Shown here one piece after another: positions 20,486 to 30,429 of a DNA stretch of 57,815 nucleotides. The stretch comes from an uncultured virus (IMG/VR IMGVR_UViG_3300015608_002806) (Duplodnaviria > Heunggongvirae > Uroviricota > Caudoviricetes). The position numbers and the translations under genes were made by a program. Where the stretch lies: IMG/VR virus record IMGVR_UViG_3300015608_002806, one strand, 5' to 3'. The notes below the pieces were generated by a model, which was not told the DNA's origin, did not search any database, and saw only the letters and a program-made list of their open reading frames with translations. Position 1 is the stretch's first letter. Each line of letters begins with the position of its first letter.

Positions 20486-21196
20486 TTAAATCTTATCATT
20501 TTTTATCAAATTTTCCATTTGAGTATAGATAAAATAACAATTATCTTGATTTTTATAAATATATTTGGAATATTTTTCAATTATTCTTTCATGATTGGTA
20601 AATTTTGAAAATAGAATTTTATGAATTTTTTTATTTTTAAGCAATGAAAAAGATAAATTTAAATATGAATATTCATCAATTTCTGAATCTTTTAGTTGTT
20701 TTGATATTGTGTACATACCGTACATTGAATTCATTTTTTTGAATAAAATATTCAACCCACATGTTTTTATTGATGGGATTTTCATTTTTTGCCTGGATAT
20801 AAAAATATCTGTTATTGTTGTGTTTGTTTCATTTATTGATTTATAATCAAAAAATGGTAAATCAAATGCATGATTTACAATAATGCATTTATCAAAATTT
20901 AAAATTTCATTTACTTCACCAAATAAAAATATTTTATTTTCTGTTATTTTAATTGAATTAAATCTTGAATTTAACAAACCACAAAAAGATAAGTGATGTA
21001 ATAATTGAGTTTCTACATCTTGTTTCAAGATAGATTTATTTTTTTTATGAAATTTAAATTCAAGATCAGATATTTTAAATTCAAAATTTAAATATTCATT
21101 TGGTTTACATTGAATATAATTCACCAAATAAACTGGCTTACACAATAAATAACCAATTATCAAAGCACAAATGTCTGATCCAACTACTATCATCAT
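20486..21196 (-). CDS. Hypothetical protein with a Rossmann-like start
   Basis: MIVVGSDICALIIGY beta-alpha start. Confidence 0.55.
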   Translation of the reverse strand: MMIVVGSDICALIIGYLLCKPVYLVNYIQCKPNEYLNFEFKISDLEFKFHKKNKSILKQDVETQLLHHLSFCGLLNSRFNSIKITENKIFLFGEVNEILNFDKCIIVNHAFDLPFFDYKSINETNTTITDIFISRQKMKIPSIKTCGLNILFKKMNSMYGMYTISKQLKDSEIDEYSYLNLSFSLLKNKKIHKILFSKFTNHERIIEKYSKYIYKNQDNCYFIYTQMENLIKNDKI

Positions 21197-21863
21197 TTAT
21201 AGTAATGATTGTAAAAAATATTATTACTCATTTCATATAAATTAAAATCCTTTAAATTTTTTATAAGAAGAATATTTCCACCAAAATCAATTCCTTCAAA
21301 TTTTGAATTTTTTGATATTGAACACATTAAATATGCTGTACTGTCAACAGGATCTTTGGAAATTGAAACACAAAATATTGTTTTTTTATTAGTATTTAAC
21401 ATGATACCATTTTTCATTATTTAGTTCTGTTTTAATAAACAAATCAACATTTCTAATTATTATATTATTTGTGCCAAAATCAATTCCCTTATATTTGGAA
21501 AATTGTAAAAATAAAAATACATTGCTTGTTACACCAATTTGTATTCTTGCTAAAGGATTAATAATAGAAATACAAAATAATTTATTATGCAAATTTTTTC
21601 TCCAATTTTGATTTCATTGATTTTGAGTTTTTTGTGTACTTAATATGAACGTGTTGTTCAGGTAAATTAAATTCTTCTTCATATTCTTTTGTTTTTCTAA
21701 TACAAAGAAAAACAGGATTTATTGAGTCATTGTAGTATTGAATATCAATCGCAAAATGTGGAAGATAATAAAAAAACGCTATACATTCTCGTAATTCACT
21801 TGAATCAAATGTTATAATGATATTATTATCTTTTTTTGAAAATTTCATATTTTTCTCTATCAT
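21193..21863 (-). CDS. Three mini-ORFs, two of them paralogous
   Basis: SKFEGIDFGGN versus SKYKGIDFGTN. Confidence 0.6.
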
Positions 21864-22092
21864 TTGGGTATTTATCTAAATATTTCAAATATAAATCATT
21901 AAGTCTATCTTCAATTCTATTGAGAATAATTTTCATATCATCATCTGATATTCCTTGTTTTTTGGTTAAAATAATTCTAGGAACAAGAGAATCATTCTCC
22001 CATATCAGTTTTGATATTTTAATATAGCCCTGAAATTTATATTCAATTGATTTGATGTCTTGTTTTACTTCGTCCAAAGTTAATTCTGTCAT
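21826..22092 (-). CDS. Hypothetical protein
   Basis: 88-aa ORF directly downstream of thyX. Confidence 0.55.
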   Translation of the reverse strand: MTELTLDEVKQDIKSIEYKFQGYIKISKLIWENDSLVPRIILTKKQGISDDDMKIILNRIEDRLNDLYLKYLDKYPNDREKYEIFKKR

Positions 22093-22093
22093 A

Positions 22094-22729
22094 TTATGAC
22101 CAATTTAATGCTTTTGCAATTATTGGAAGATTTTCAATAAATATTTTTTTTGCTGGTTGAGCAAGCTGTCTAATCTCTTTTTGAGCATGTGAGGAATCTC
22201 TTGCTTCAATAAGATGAATCCATGTACGAATGGTTCCATTAATGTATAAATTTGTTTTTGTGGCCATTGGTAAAACAAATCTTGCTGACTCCCTTGCTAC
22301 ACCTAAATCAAGTAATGCGTTATATATATCAAGTGATTCTTTTAAGTTTTTATCAATTCTGTCATAAATTGGATTATCAAGATTTAAAATCTTATCTTCT
22401 GATACTTGTCTATTTGTTTTGCCTTGCATTCTTAATTCAAATTTTTCAAAAATATCATCAAACATTAATGTAACATCTTGATATCTTTGTGACAGCATTT
22501 GAAAATCTGCACTTTTGTGCCTCAATAATTGCATTGCAATTGGAATACTTGTCTCAATATCGAGGCACATGTTTGCCATTGTAAAAGGGCTCCAATGTTT
22601 ATTTTTAATGAGAAATTGAATTAATTTATGAGGTTCGGCTTGTTTGTCCTCTCTTTCAGATGAAACTCTGGCAATTTCTACTATTTCAAGCTCTGCATTT
22701 GGAGTAATCCATTTTAATTTAATATCCAT
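22094..22729 (-). CDS. thyX: Flavin-dependent thymidylate synthase
   Basis: HWSPF, QLLRHKS.DFQMLSQRY (RHxS...S.RY), ARESARFVLP, HAQKEIR. Confidence 0.95.
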   Translation of the reverse strand: MDIKLKWITPNAELEIVEIARVSSEREDKQAEPHKLIQFLIKNKHWSPFTMANMCLDIETSIPIAMQLLRHKSADFQMLSQRYQDVTLMFDDIFEKFELRMQGKTNRQVSEDKILNLDNPIYDRIDKNLKESLDIYNALLDLGVARESARFVLPMATKTNLYINGTIRTWIHLIEARDSSHAQKEIRQLAQPAKKIFIENLPIIAKALNWS

Positions 22730-22755
22730 TTTGTTCCTTGTAAGTTTTGTTTATT

Positions 22756-23326
22756 TTAATTTAAATATTGTTTTGTTGTAGGGCAATGTTTTGAAAGATA
22801 TTTTGAATCTTTTTCGTAAGAAAAACTGTATATTCTACATACACATAAAAATTTATTCCTTTGAATGGTTGCTGTTAAAAATAAATTTTTATTTATTTTA
22901 AACATAACATGAGTGCTTATTCTGTCAACAACTGTTGTAATCATGTATTCAATCCGAATATTGTTTTGTTGTAGGGTAATATTGCAAAAGATGTTTTAAA
23001 TGTTCTTTATAAGAAAAATTGATAATTTTACAATCATCAAAAAAATTATTCTTTGAAATGGTTATTGTTAAAATCAAATTTTTTTTTATTTTAACAACAA
23101 CATAAATACTTTCATTATCAACACATGTTGTAATCATGATTTAGTCCAAATATTGTTGAGTATGAGGATAATGTTTTTTAAACATTTTTAATTCAGAATT
23201 GTAATTAATTGTAAGAATTTCAAATTCTTTCATAAAACACGATGCTTCAATTGATAATAAAATTAAATTTTTATTTATTTTATAAACAATATAAACACCA
23301 ATATTATCAACACATGTAAAAAGCAT
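22756..23326 (-). repeat. Tandem triplication of a ~190-bp mini-gene
   Basis: MITTVVD/MITTCVD/MLFTCVD...KI.KNL...P.T.QY, alignable at DNA level. Confidence 0.85.
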
Positions 23327-23328
23327 AT

Positions 23329-23805
23329 TTAGAAGGTAAAAATAATGGAAATATTTTTTGCTTCTTCTTGTTGTTTCTCTATTGTTCCTTTTACTTGTGC
23401 TTGGACTTTTTTCATAATTGATATACCAACATCTTTGTGTGTACTCATGCGTCCTTTAAAGAACATAATAACTTTTACTTTATTTTTCTTTTCCAAAAAA
23501 GAATTAATTGATTTAATTTTATGAATTAAATCATGATCTGATATTCTTGGACTTAATTGAACTTCTTTCAAAAGAACTTCTTGAGATTTATTTTGTTTAT
23601 CTTTTTTAGATAAATCATACATCATTTTACCATAATTCATGAATTTACAAACAGCAGGATTGTTTGTTGTGTTCATTTGAACCAAATCAAGACCTTTTGA
23701 CTCTGCTTCTTGTAAAGCATCATAAAATTTCATTTTGGTTTGCGATTTGTCATCATTGATAATAACAATATCATACAGTTTATTAGATTTATTTAGTTTC
23801 TTCAT
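23329..23805 (-). CDS. infC: Translation initiation factor IF-3
   Basis: ALQEAESKGLDLVQ, PAVCKFMNYGK, KEVQLSPRISDHDL..K, KVKVIMFFKGR. Confidence 0.92.
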   Translation of the reverse strand: MKKLNKSNKLYDIVIINDDKSQTKMKFYDALQEAESKGLDLVQMNTTNNPAVCKFMNYGKMMYDLSKKDKQNKSQEVLLKEVQLSPRISDHDLIHKIKSINSFLEKKNKVKVIMFFKGRMSTHKDVGISIMKKVQAQVKGTIEKQQEEAKNISIIFTF

Positions 23806-24007
23806 TTTATTCGTAAATCTCGAAAATTTTAAATTGTTTTTGTGTTTTAAGTAAAGTATTTGTATAGTCTGTTAAATTAACATTTGTTGGGTAACATTTT
23901 AAATCAAAAAATACATTGTTTCCTCTAAACATAATAAAATGATTTGAAAAACAATATTTTACAATTATTTTAATTAATGCTCTTTGATAAATATCACAGT
24001 AAATCAT

Positions 24008-24316
24008 TTATTCACTTCTTGGTGGTTTTGTTTTTGAACAAAAAGAAACAATTGCTGCAATTGGAACAAAATAATGTTTAGTTCCTTCAAATTCAATTTC
24101 TTCAATCATATGATTTTCCACTACAACAAAAATATCTTCTTTTTTTGGTAAAGTCGAAATGATTGCATAGATTTCTTGATCTTGAATTTGATTATTGCAG
24201 GAATGACATAAATATTTTGCAATCGCATATCTATCCTTTGTATCAAGTTCAGAAAAAATTGAATTTTGTTTAGCTCTATGTATTTCTATTTTGCACCTAT
24301 TATTAAATGGTTTCAT
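24008..24316 (-). CDS. Divergent GroES-like co-chaperonin
   Basis: MKPFNNR start and EIEFEGTKHYFVPIAAIV end match the Cpn10 termini. Confidence 0.55.
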   Translation of the reverse strand: MKPFNNRCKIEIHRAKQNSIFSELDTKDRYAIAKYLCHSCNNQIQDQEIYAIISTLPKKEDIFVVVENHMIEEIEFEGTKHYFVPIAAIVSFCSKTKPPRSE

Positions 24317-24518
24317 TTATACTCCTTTAAAAAAATTCCTTCTTCCCAAATATGTAAACAATCCTTTCATGATTTAATTATATTATAATCTATTTTTTCA
24401 ATAAAGTTAAAATTATCATATAGAGAACAAAAAACATAAATATAATAATTTTTATATTTATATCCAAAGGCTATTACGTGTTCAACTTTTTTATCAATTC
24501 CAATAAAAGTTATTTTTT

Positions 24519-25453
24519 TCATTTATATTGCTTTAAAAAAAATTGTAAATGCTTTTTTGCTAATTTAGATTTAAATAAATCATCTTTCCATAATTCAATT
24601 ATATGATTATCTCTTTTTTCAAAAAAGTTATAATTATAATTTGTTACATCAAAAATAGTATAAATATAAAAATTATTACATTTATATCCAAATGCTATTA
24701 TTCCCTCATCTACTTGATCAATCCCAAAAAAAGTTAATATTTCTTTCATTTGTATTTCTTTAACATATGTTTTTTGTTAGAGTATCCAATTTTTCCCTTA
24801 TCACATTCCCAAGAATAAAGTTCTGCTTTTTTATCTTTACGAAAAATAATATTGGGTTTATGCCGATAATCATAAGATATCCATATTTTTAAATATGGAG
24901 TGTAAAAATGTATTGTATAATCCAAGCAAAAATCAATACCAATCACAAAATCTTCTTTCATTTGTCACCAAATTCATCTATCCATGAAGATAGAATATTT
25001 TCATCTATATCATAAATTTTTATATATGTTTTTTTATTGTTTCTAATAAAATCTTGAATCCAATATTCATGCCAATTTTTTAAATTAAAATTTGATTTTA
25101 TAGAATAAGTATTTTCATAACTATTTTTTTTATTAGGTTTTTGCACAAAATAAAGTATTTTATCATTTAAAAAATGATAATGAACAATAACGCAATCATC
25201 TTTTGAGCAAAGATTTATATCAATCATTATTATTTAATAGCTTTTTAATTGAATAATTTTTTCGATTATATTTTACGCAATAATTCCAAAATGTTTTTTC
25301 GCTAATATATAATTCATTATTCGAAATTTGTAATTGATATATTATTTTTTCAGTAAAATTACATGATGTACTACATTCAAGAAATTTGTTATTATTTATT
25401 TTAAAAACAAAATTAATAATTTTATATTTTTTATCTAATCCTAATTCTATCAT
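24519..25453 (-). CDS. Cluster of mini-ORFs (24519, 24746, 24958, 25220)
   Basis: GID/GLD motif near the start, W plus K-rich end; ATGA couplings. Confidence 0.6.
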
Positions 25454-26508
25454 GAATTAATGCCTGTCATTACATGGTTTCTAAATTCTGAAACTGGTGT
25501 TAATAAACTAATTTCAGATTTAAATTTAGTTTCTGTTTTCATTGAAAATACTTTATTTTGTTTTTCTGATAAAATATTCCAATATTCATTATTATGATTT
25601 TTGTTTAATTCTTGAAATACATCAAGTTTTGAAACAACAAGATTTGTAACACAATTAATATCAACAGCTTTTTTAAGTGCATCAATATTTAACCAATTGC
25701 ATTGTCTTCTTCTTCCTGTTACTGAACCATATTCTTTTCCTAAATCACCAATTTCATTAAAAATTGGATCATCTGGTTGAAACTTATTTGATCCAACATA
25801 TGTGTCATATACTTTGCAACAACCATAAATTTTTTCAATTTTGTCATGTGGCAGGTAATTTAATAAAGCTCCTGCTGTTGTTGTGTGTGATGATGTCACA
25901 TATGGATAATTGTTTGAATCAATATCAAGATGAAATCCTTGTGCCATTTCAACAAGAATATTCATTTTTTCTTTTGATTCATATAGATATTCATATGGAT
26001 CAATTAATGAAATGCCATATGTATCAAAATATGCTTTATATTCATCATATACGTCAATTACTCTCAATCCTGTTCTGGCATATTTGTCTCTATAGGCTGG
26101 TCCAACACCTTGTTTGGTTGTTCCAATTTTTGATTCTTTTTCTTCTTCTTCAATGTGCGATTGTGTTACACAATGTGCATTTTTATAAATAAAAATATTG
26201 TTATCAACATTGAATCCTAAAGACTTAATTTTTTCAATTTCATTGAATAATTTATGGATATTTACAACACATCCATGTCCAATAATTGATTTTTTATTTG
26301 TCAAGACACCAGATGGCAACATTTGTAAAATAATTTTACAAATATTTCCAGCTTTATCTTTATACACAACAGTTCCGCCACTATTCTGAGAACCATTTGC
26401 TCTCATTGTGTGAGTGTATTTATTTCTTTGAGACAAGGAGTATGAAACTTGCTTTTTGCAACAATCACCGTACACCAAGTCTGTTACTAAATCAATAGAA
26501 TTAATCAT
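25450..26508 (-). CDS. purA: Adenylosuccinate synthetase-like protein (short form, altered active site)
   Basis: LPSG, IGTTKQGVGPAY.DK..R, AQGF.LDID...YPYVTSS, EYGSVTGRRR, KLDV; the N-terminal motifs read GDCCKK and NSGGT. Confidence 0.85.
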   Translation of the reverse strand: MINSIDLVTDLVYGDCCKKQVSYSLSQRNKYTHTMRANGSQNSGGTVVYKDKAGNICKIILQMLPSGVLTNKKSIIGHGCVVNIHKLFNEIEKIKSLGFNVDNNIFIYKNAHCVTQSHIEEEEKESKIGTTKQGVGPAYRDKYARTGLRVIDVYDEYKAYFDTYGISLIDPYEYLYESKEKMNILVEMAQGFHLDIDSNNYPYVTSSHTTTAGALLNYLPHDKIEKIYGCCKVYDTYVGSNKFQPDDPIFNEIGDLGKEYGSVTGRRRQCNWLNIDALKKAVDINCVTNLVVSKLDVFQELNKNHNNEYWNILSEKQNKVFSMKTETKFKSEISLLTPVSEFRNHVMTGINS

Positions 26509-27399
26509 TTAAATTATCTCCGTAAATTTTTTTAAATTCATGTGTTGGTAGCTGTTTAATGTTTCCAAACGAAAAATAGTTCATATCGTAATCTACAACT
26601 GCTCTTAAATAAGAGTAATTTAATTTATAAAAAACATCTATATAAAATCTATTTTTTAGATTATTTGTAACAATACAAGAGTCAGGAAGCTTTGAAATGC
26701 CAAATATAATTTTATTATTCATATTTATTTTTTGAAATAATTTTGTACAATTGTTTTTTTATGCTTTCTTGAAGGTAATTTATTTACATAAAATAATTTT
26801 ATCTCAAATACACTATTTGGTTCGACCAAAACAGTTTTAATTTCAGTTTTTTCTCCAAAACAATCACTTTCTTGCTCCAAGAAACAATAAAGAACTGAAA
26901 TATCAAGTTTTTTATTTGGTTTAGATGTATTGTAAATTTCAACACTAACATGGTTTCTTGATTTTTTATTCATATTCCTTGAATCCAAAACAACTAGAAT
27001 TATCATCAATTTCTTTTTGAAAAGAAATATATTGTATATTTATTATAGAAAACTCATTTTTATTTAAATCTGATGCAGTTTCCACAGTTAAACATTTTTT
27101 ATTAAAATTGGAAATACTGTTAATAACATAACAAATAAAAATAAAATCATAATTTTTATTAAATGCTATTGTTGTCATTTTTTTAAATTGTGATTATATA
27201 TGTAAAATATTTCACGGTTTGAATATCTATTTTTATAGACACCTAAACTTAAAAATAATTTTATTTCATCTATTGTTATAGACAAACTTGAATTTATATG
27301 ATTTTCTTGCTTATATTCAAAACAAATTTTAAATTCAAAATTATTATTTGAATATTTTTGAATAGAAACTGTTGTTAATCTTTTATTTTTTTTAATCAT
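26501..27399 (-). CDS. Cluster of mini-ORFs (26501, 26725, 26966, 27175)
   Basis: 70-94 aa, overlapping junctions, family composition. Confidence 0.55.
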
Positions 27400-27810
27400 T
27401 TATAAAAATTACTTATTAGATTTTTTGATTTTTGTAATCTAAAATTTTGTGAAAATTTTTCATAAAAATCAAAAATCATAACAAAATGATGGTTTTTTAT
27501 TACAACATATTTTTCATTATGGATTAAATATCCAATTTCAAAAGAATTATTTTTACTTAAAAAAGTGTAAATCATAATAATTACTCATGGCGTGTATTAA
27601 AATAATATGGTGTATTAGAAATTTCAGTAATTTTGTTTAAATATTCTACATTAAGCTTCCGCAATAAATGCGAATTTTTTTTCTATTTAATGAATAGTCA
27701 AAAATTACATTTAATGAAAATTTGCAATTTGAAAATATTAAATTTGAACAAAAATTATGTTTTAAATTAGAAATCTCAAATGTAATCATTTTTATTGCTC
27801 ATATTTTTAT

Positions 27811-28350
27811 TTAAAAAGAATAATTAACTGCTTGTGTTTTGTTGGATTTTTGTTTATAAATTGAACACCATATAGCAGCTTGAACCTGACATGGTTTCCA
27901 ATTTAAATGTTTTGATATTTTCTGAATATCTTTTTTTGCAAGATTCATTTTTGTTTTTGACCATTTGTTTTTTACATTGAATGCTGATGCCATGTGTGTA
28001 TCCAATACAATGGCATCATTGTTTCCAATTAAGGCTTCATAAAATTGTGAAATTTTTGGACCATTTATTTGGCCTGTTTGTAAAAACATTTTTGCATTAT
28101 TTTTAACAATTGAACAATGTTTTATTTTTTCACAAGCTTCAATGTTTGCGCCATTTTTGATCCAATCCAATACAATTTTCATATTGTGCTCAAGTCTTAT
28201 GTTTTGACTTGTTATTGCAGTTATTCCTGCAATTGTTTTGTATGGTATGTTGTATTGTTTTGCAAGAAATTTTAAATTTTTTCTAGCTTTTGTATACCAA
28301 AATCTATCCTTTTTTGATTGAATTGCCAATTCTAAAATCTTTTTTTTCAA
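27811..28350 (-). CDS. Phage protein with HhH-GPD/DNA-glycosylase-like motifs
   Basis: WY..A, IAGITAITS, GPKISQFY, VLDTHM, QAAIW. Confidence 0.55.
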   Translation of the reverse strand: MKKKILELAIQSKKDRFWYTKARKNLKFLAKQYNIPYKTIAGITAITSQNIRLEHNMKIVLDWIKNGANIEACEKIKHCSIVKNNAKMFLQTGQINGPKISQFYEALIGNNDAIVLDTHMASAFNVKNKWSKTKMNLAKKDIQKISKHLNWKPCQVQAAIWCSIYKQKSNKTQAVNYSF

Positions 28351-28596
28351 TTATACCTCCGATATTTCTACTCCATATATTGTGTTGTATGTATAGTACA
28401 TGTTTGATTCTTTGTTGCCAAGATAGACTCTATTTTTTTTAACAGACACACACATTACATTATGTATATAAAAACTTGATTTAAATGTTTTGTTTTTCAT
28501 ATCAAACATATTTACCTCAATCATTTTATCATTCAATAAATATGCTAAGTAAATAGCTCTATTTGGTTCTTTAATGTATTGAATTCCAATCATCAA
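28351..28596 (-). CDS. Mini-ORF family member
   Basis: MMIGIQY...IYLAYLLNDK. Confidence 0.5.
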   Translation of the reverse strand: MMIGIQYIKEPNRAIYLAYLLNDKMIEVNMFDMKNKTFKSSFYIHNVMCVSVKKNRVYLGNKESNMYYTYNTIYGVEISEV

Positions 28597-28613
28597 TTAT
28601 TATCCTTCGTAGA

Positions 28614-29036
28614 TTATCGTAGAATTTGTGATAATCTATCAAATACATTTGGATGATTGTTTTTCAAAAAATTTAAAAGTTCATCCGTACATGATTCACT
28701 ATCTGGTTGTTCAATCCAAGAATAAACAGCATCAAATTCTTTTAAATTATTTTGCTTTTTATCAATTGTTGACCAATTAAACCGATTGGGTGGTTTGTGA
28801 TTTGTTTCAGATTCATTTACAGACCACGCATATTTATCTGCGCTTGCATAAAGTGTTTTGGCTGCAAGCATTTTGGATAAAACAATTTTCAAACCTCTTT
28901 CGGTTACTTTTTCGCCAGCATTCCAATTATTTTCATTTGCTGTTTTTAATACATTTGGATAGCTGTCCCATGCAATTGTTTGAAAATATTTTTGAAGATT
29001 TTCTTTGAGTGAAAGATTGTTATTATTGTTTGACAT
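28614..29036 (-). CDS. Hypothetical protein
   Basis: 140-aa ORF with AGGAG RBS. Confidence 0.7.
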   Translation of the reverse strand: MSNNNNNLSLKENLQKYFQTIAWDSYPNVLKTANENNWNAGEKVTERGLKIVLSKMLAAKTLYASADKYAWSVNESETNHKPPNRFNWSTIDKKQNNLKEFDAVYSWIEQPDSESCTDELLNFLKNNHPNVFDRLSQILR

Positions 29037-29045
29037 TTTATCTCC

Positions 29046-29222
29046 TTAGTGATTTAAAGTCTTTGCGTAGCATTTTTTTTCACAATCTGAACAGCATGTG
29101 CAATTAAAAATACTGTCATGAATTTCAATATGAAAGGGACACCATTTGTTTTTTGATTCCTTTCCACATTTTTCACATTTTATTGATGGTTTTGTTGTTT
29201 TTGAGCTATTGTTGTCTGTCAT
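29046..29222 (-). CDS. Small Cys-rich zinc-binding protein (58 aa, below the ORF-track cutoff)
   Basis: MTDNNSS...CEKCG...WCPFH.EIH...CTCCSDCEKKC. Confidence 0.65.
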   Translation of the reverse strand: MTDNNSSKTTKPSIKCEKCGKESKNKWCPFHIEIHDSIFNCTCCSDCEKKCYAKTLNH

Positions 29223-29255
29223 ATTTTTATTTTTTGAACATTATTTATTTTCAAA

Positions 29256-29393
29256 TAGGGCCGTTGATTAGGGGAGCGATGGGGGAAAGCGCGAAGGGCA
29301 GGGAAGTCCCGTTTTTGCCACCGTAGACCGCCCGATTGGACCTTTAGCGGGTTCCCCTACGCTCCGCGCTTCCAACACTTCTAAACCGCCCTA
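29256..29393 (-). ncRNA. Unassigned structured RNA (long P1, three-way junction, possible pseudoknot)
   Basis: GC-rich intergenic island; the helices close with G-U pairs only on the - strand. Confidence 0.65.
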
Positions 29394-29409
29394 GAAGACA
29401 CGTCTCGAA

Positions 29410-30390
29410 TTATTTGCAAAAACGACCAGAAGCATCGCGTTTTTGCCAATTGGACACACTCTTCTCGTGCTCAGTTGGATTTGGAACATTTGGGTGCTTA
29501 CAAGATTGTTCTTTCCACAGTTTTCCATTTTTACAAATAAAATCTGAACATTCTTCTAATTCATCGTATGAATTATTGTATGAATTTTCATTATTGTCAT
29601 CATATGAAAATTCATCATCTTTTTCATATCTGAAATTTTCAACCTCAGAAGGTGAATAAAGAGAAGAAAGAGGTTTGTCATAATATGACAAAACTGTATA
29701 TTCACATGTTCTTAATTTTGTACAAGAATGATCTGATGGAATTGATACAACATTTTTTGGATTTACCTTGACTACAAGAATTTTGTCACCGTCTCTTGCA
29801 AACCATTTAATGTACTCCAGAGAGCCACAATGCAAACCATGAGAGCAATGATTTTGTGGGTTGTCATCAACTTTATTTCTAGGAACAGAAATAACAGAAC
29901 CAATCTCGTTCAAGATTGTATTGCTGTGTTTGTCATAAAGTGTTGATCTAACAGCTTTGTATGCAAGAAAACAACCATCATCAGTAATTGGTAAATTTTT
30001 GTGCTCTAAAAATGAATATAGTTGATCTACAGATCTTTTTGATGGATTGTCCATGAGGTTTTCCATGAATCTCATTAGAGGCTCATGTGGAAGATCTAAA
30101 TCAATGTAATCTCTGATTTTATTAGCAATTACATTGTCTACTTCTTCTCCGTTGTACAATAGAGTACCATCATCTGATAGATGACAGCCAAATTTTGGAA
30201 GCAATTGTTTTTTGGAACTTTGAGAAGATTGAGTTTTCATTAAAGAATCAATTAAAGCTTCATCTTGATTTACAATTGCTTCTTTTAGTTTTCCAAATCG
30301 CTTATCAGAGATTAAACATTGATAAACTCCTTTTTGAGTAGAAACAATTAAAACATCATTTTGAAGAATGAAAGAAATTTGAGTATTCAT
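29410..30390 (-). CDS. rIIB: RIIB-like protein
   Basis: LPITDDGCFLAYKAV, VDDNP...CSHGLHCGS, VKVNPKNVVSIP.D, KLRTCEY. Confidence 0.88.
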   Translation of the reverse strand: MNTQISFILQNDVLIVSTQKGVYQCLISDKRFGKLKEAIVNQDEALIDSLMKTQSSQSSKKQLLPKFGCHLSDDGTLLYNGEEVDNVIANKIRDYIDLDLPHEPLMRFMENLMDNPSKRSVDQLYSFLEHKNLPITDDGCFLAYKAVRSTLYDKHSNTILNEIGSVISVPRNKVDDNPQNHCSHGLHCGSLEYIKWFARDGDKILVVKVNPKNVVSIPSDHSCTKLRTCEYTVLSYYDKPLSSLYSPSEVENFRYEKDDEFSYDDNNENSYNNSYDELEECSDFICKNGKLWKEQSCKHPNVPNPTEHEKSVSNWQKRDASGRFCK

Positions 30391-30429
30391 GTTTGTCCTT
30401 TGTTGTTGATTTATTGAATTAAAAATTAT

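Noticed and set aside
25450..26508. PurZ / Z-genome biosynthesis
   Set aside because: The Asp that PurZ replaces is retained (YGD), the KLD guanine motif is present, and no DatZ or MazZ is recognisable in the window.
29256..29393. Known ribozyme, SRP RNA or tRNA
   Set aside because: No hammerhead CUGAUGA/GAAA core, SRP loop motif, T-loop or CCA end seen by eye; left unassigned.
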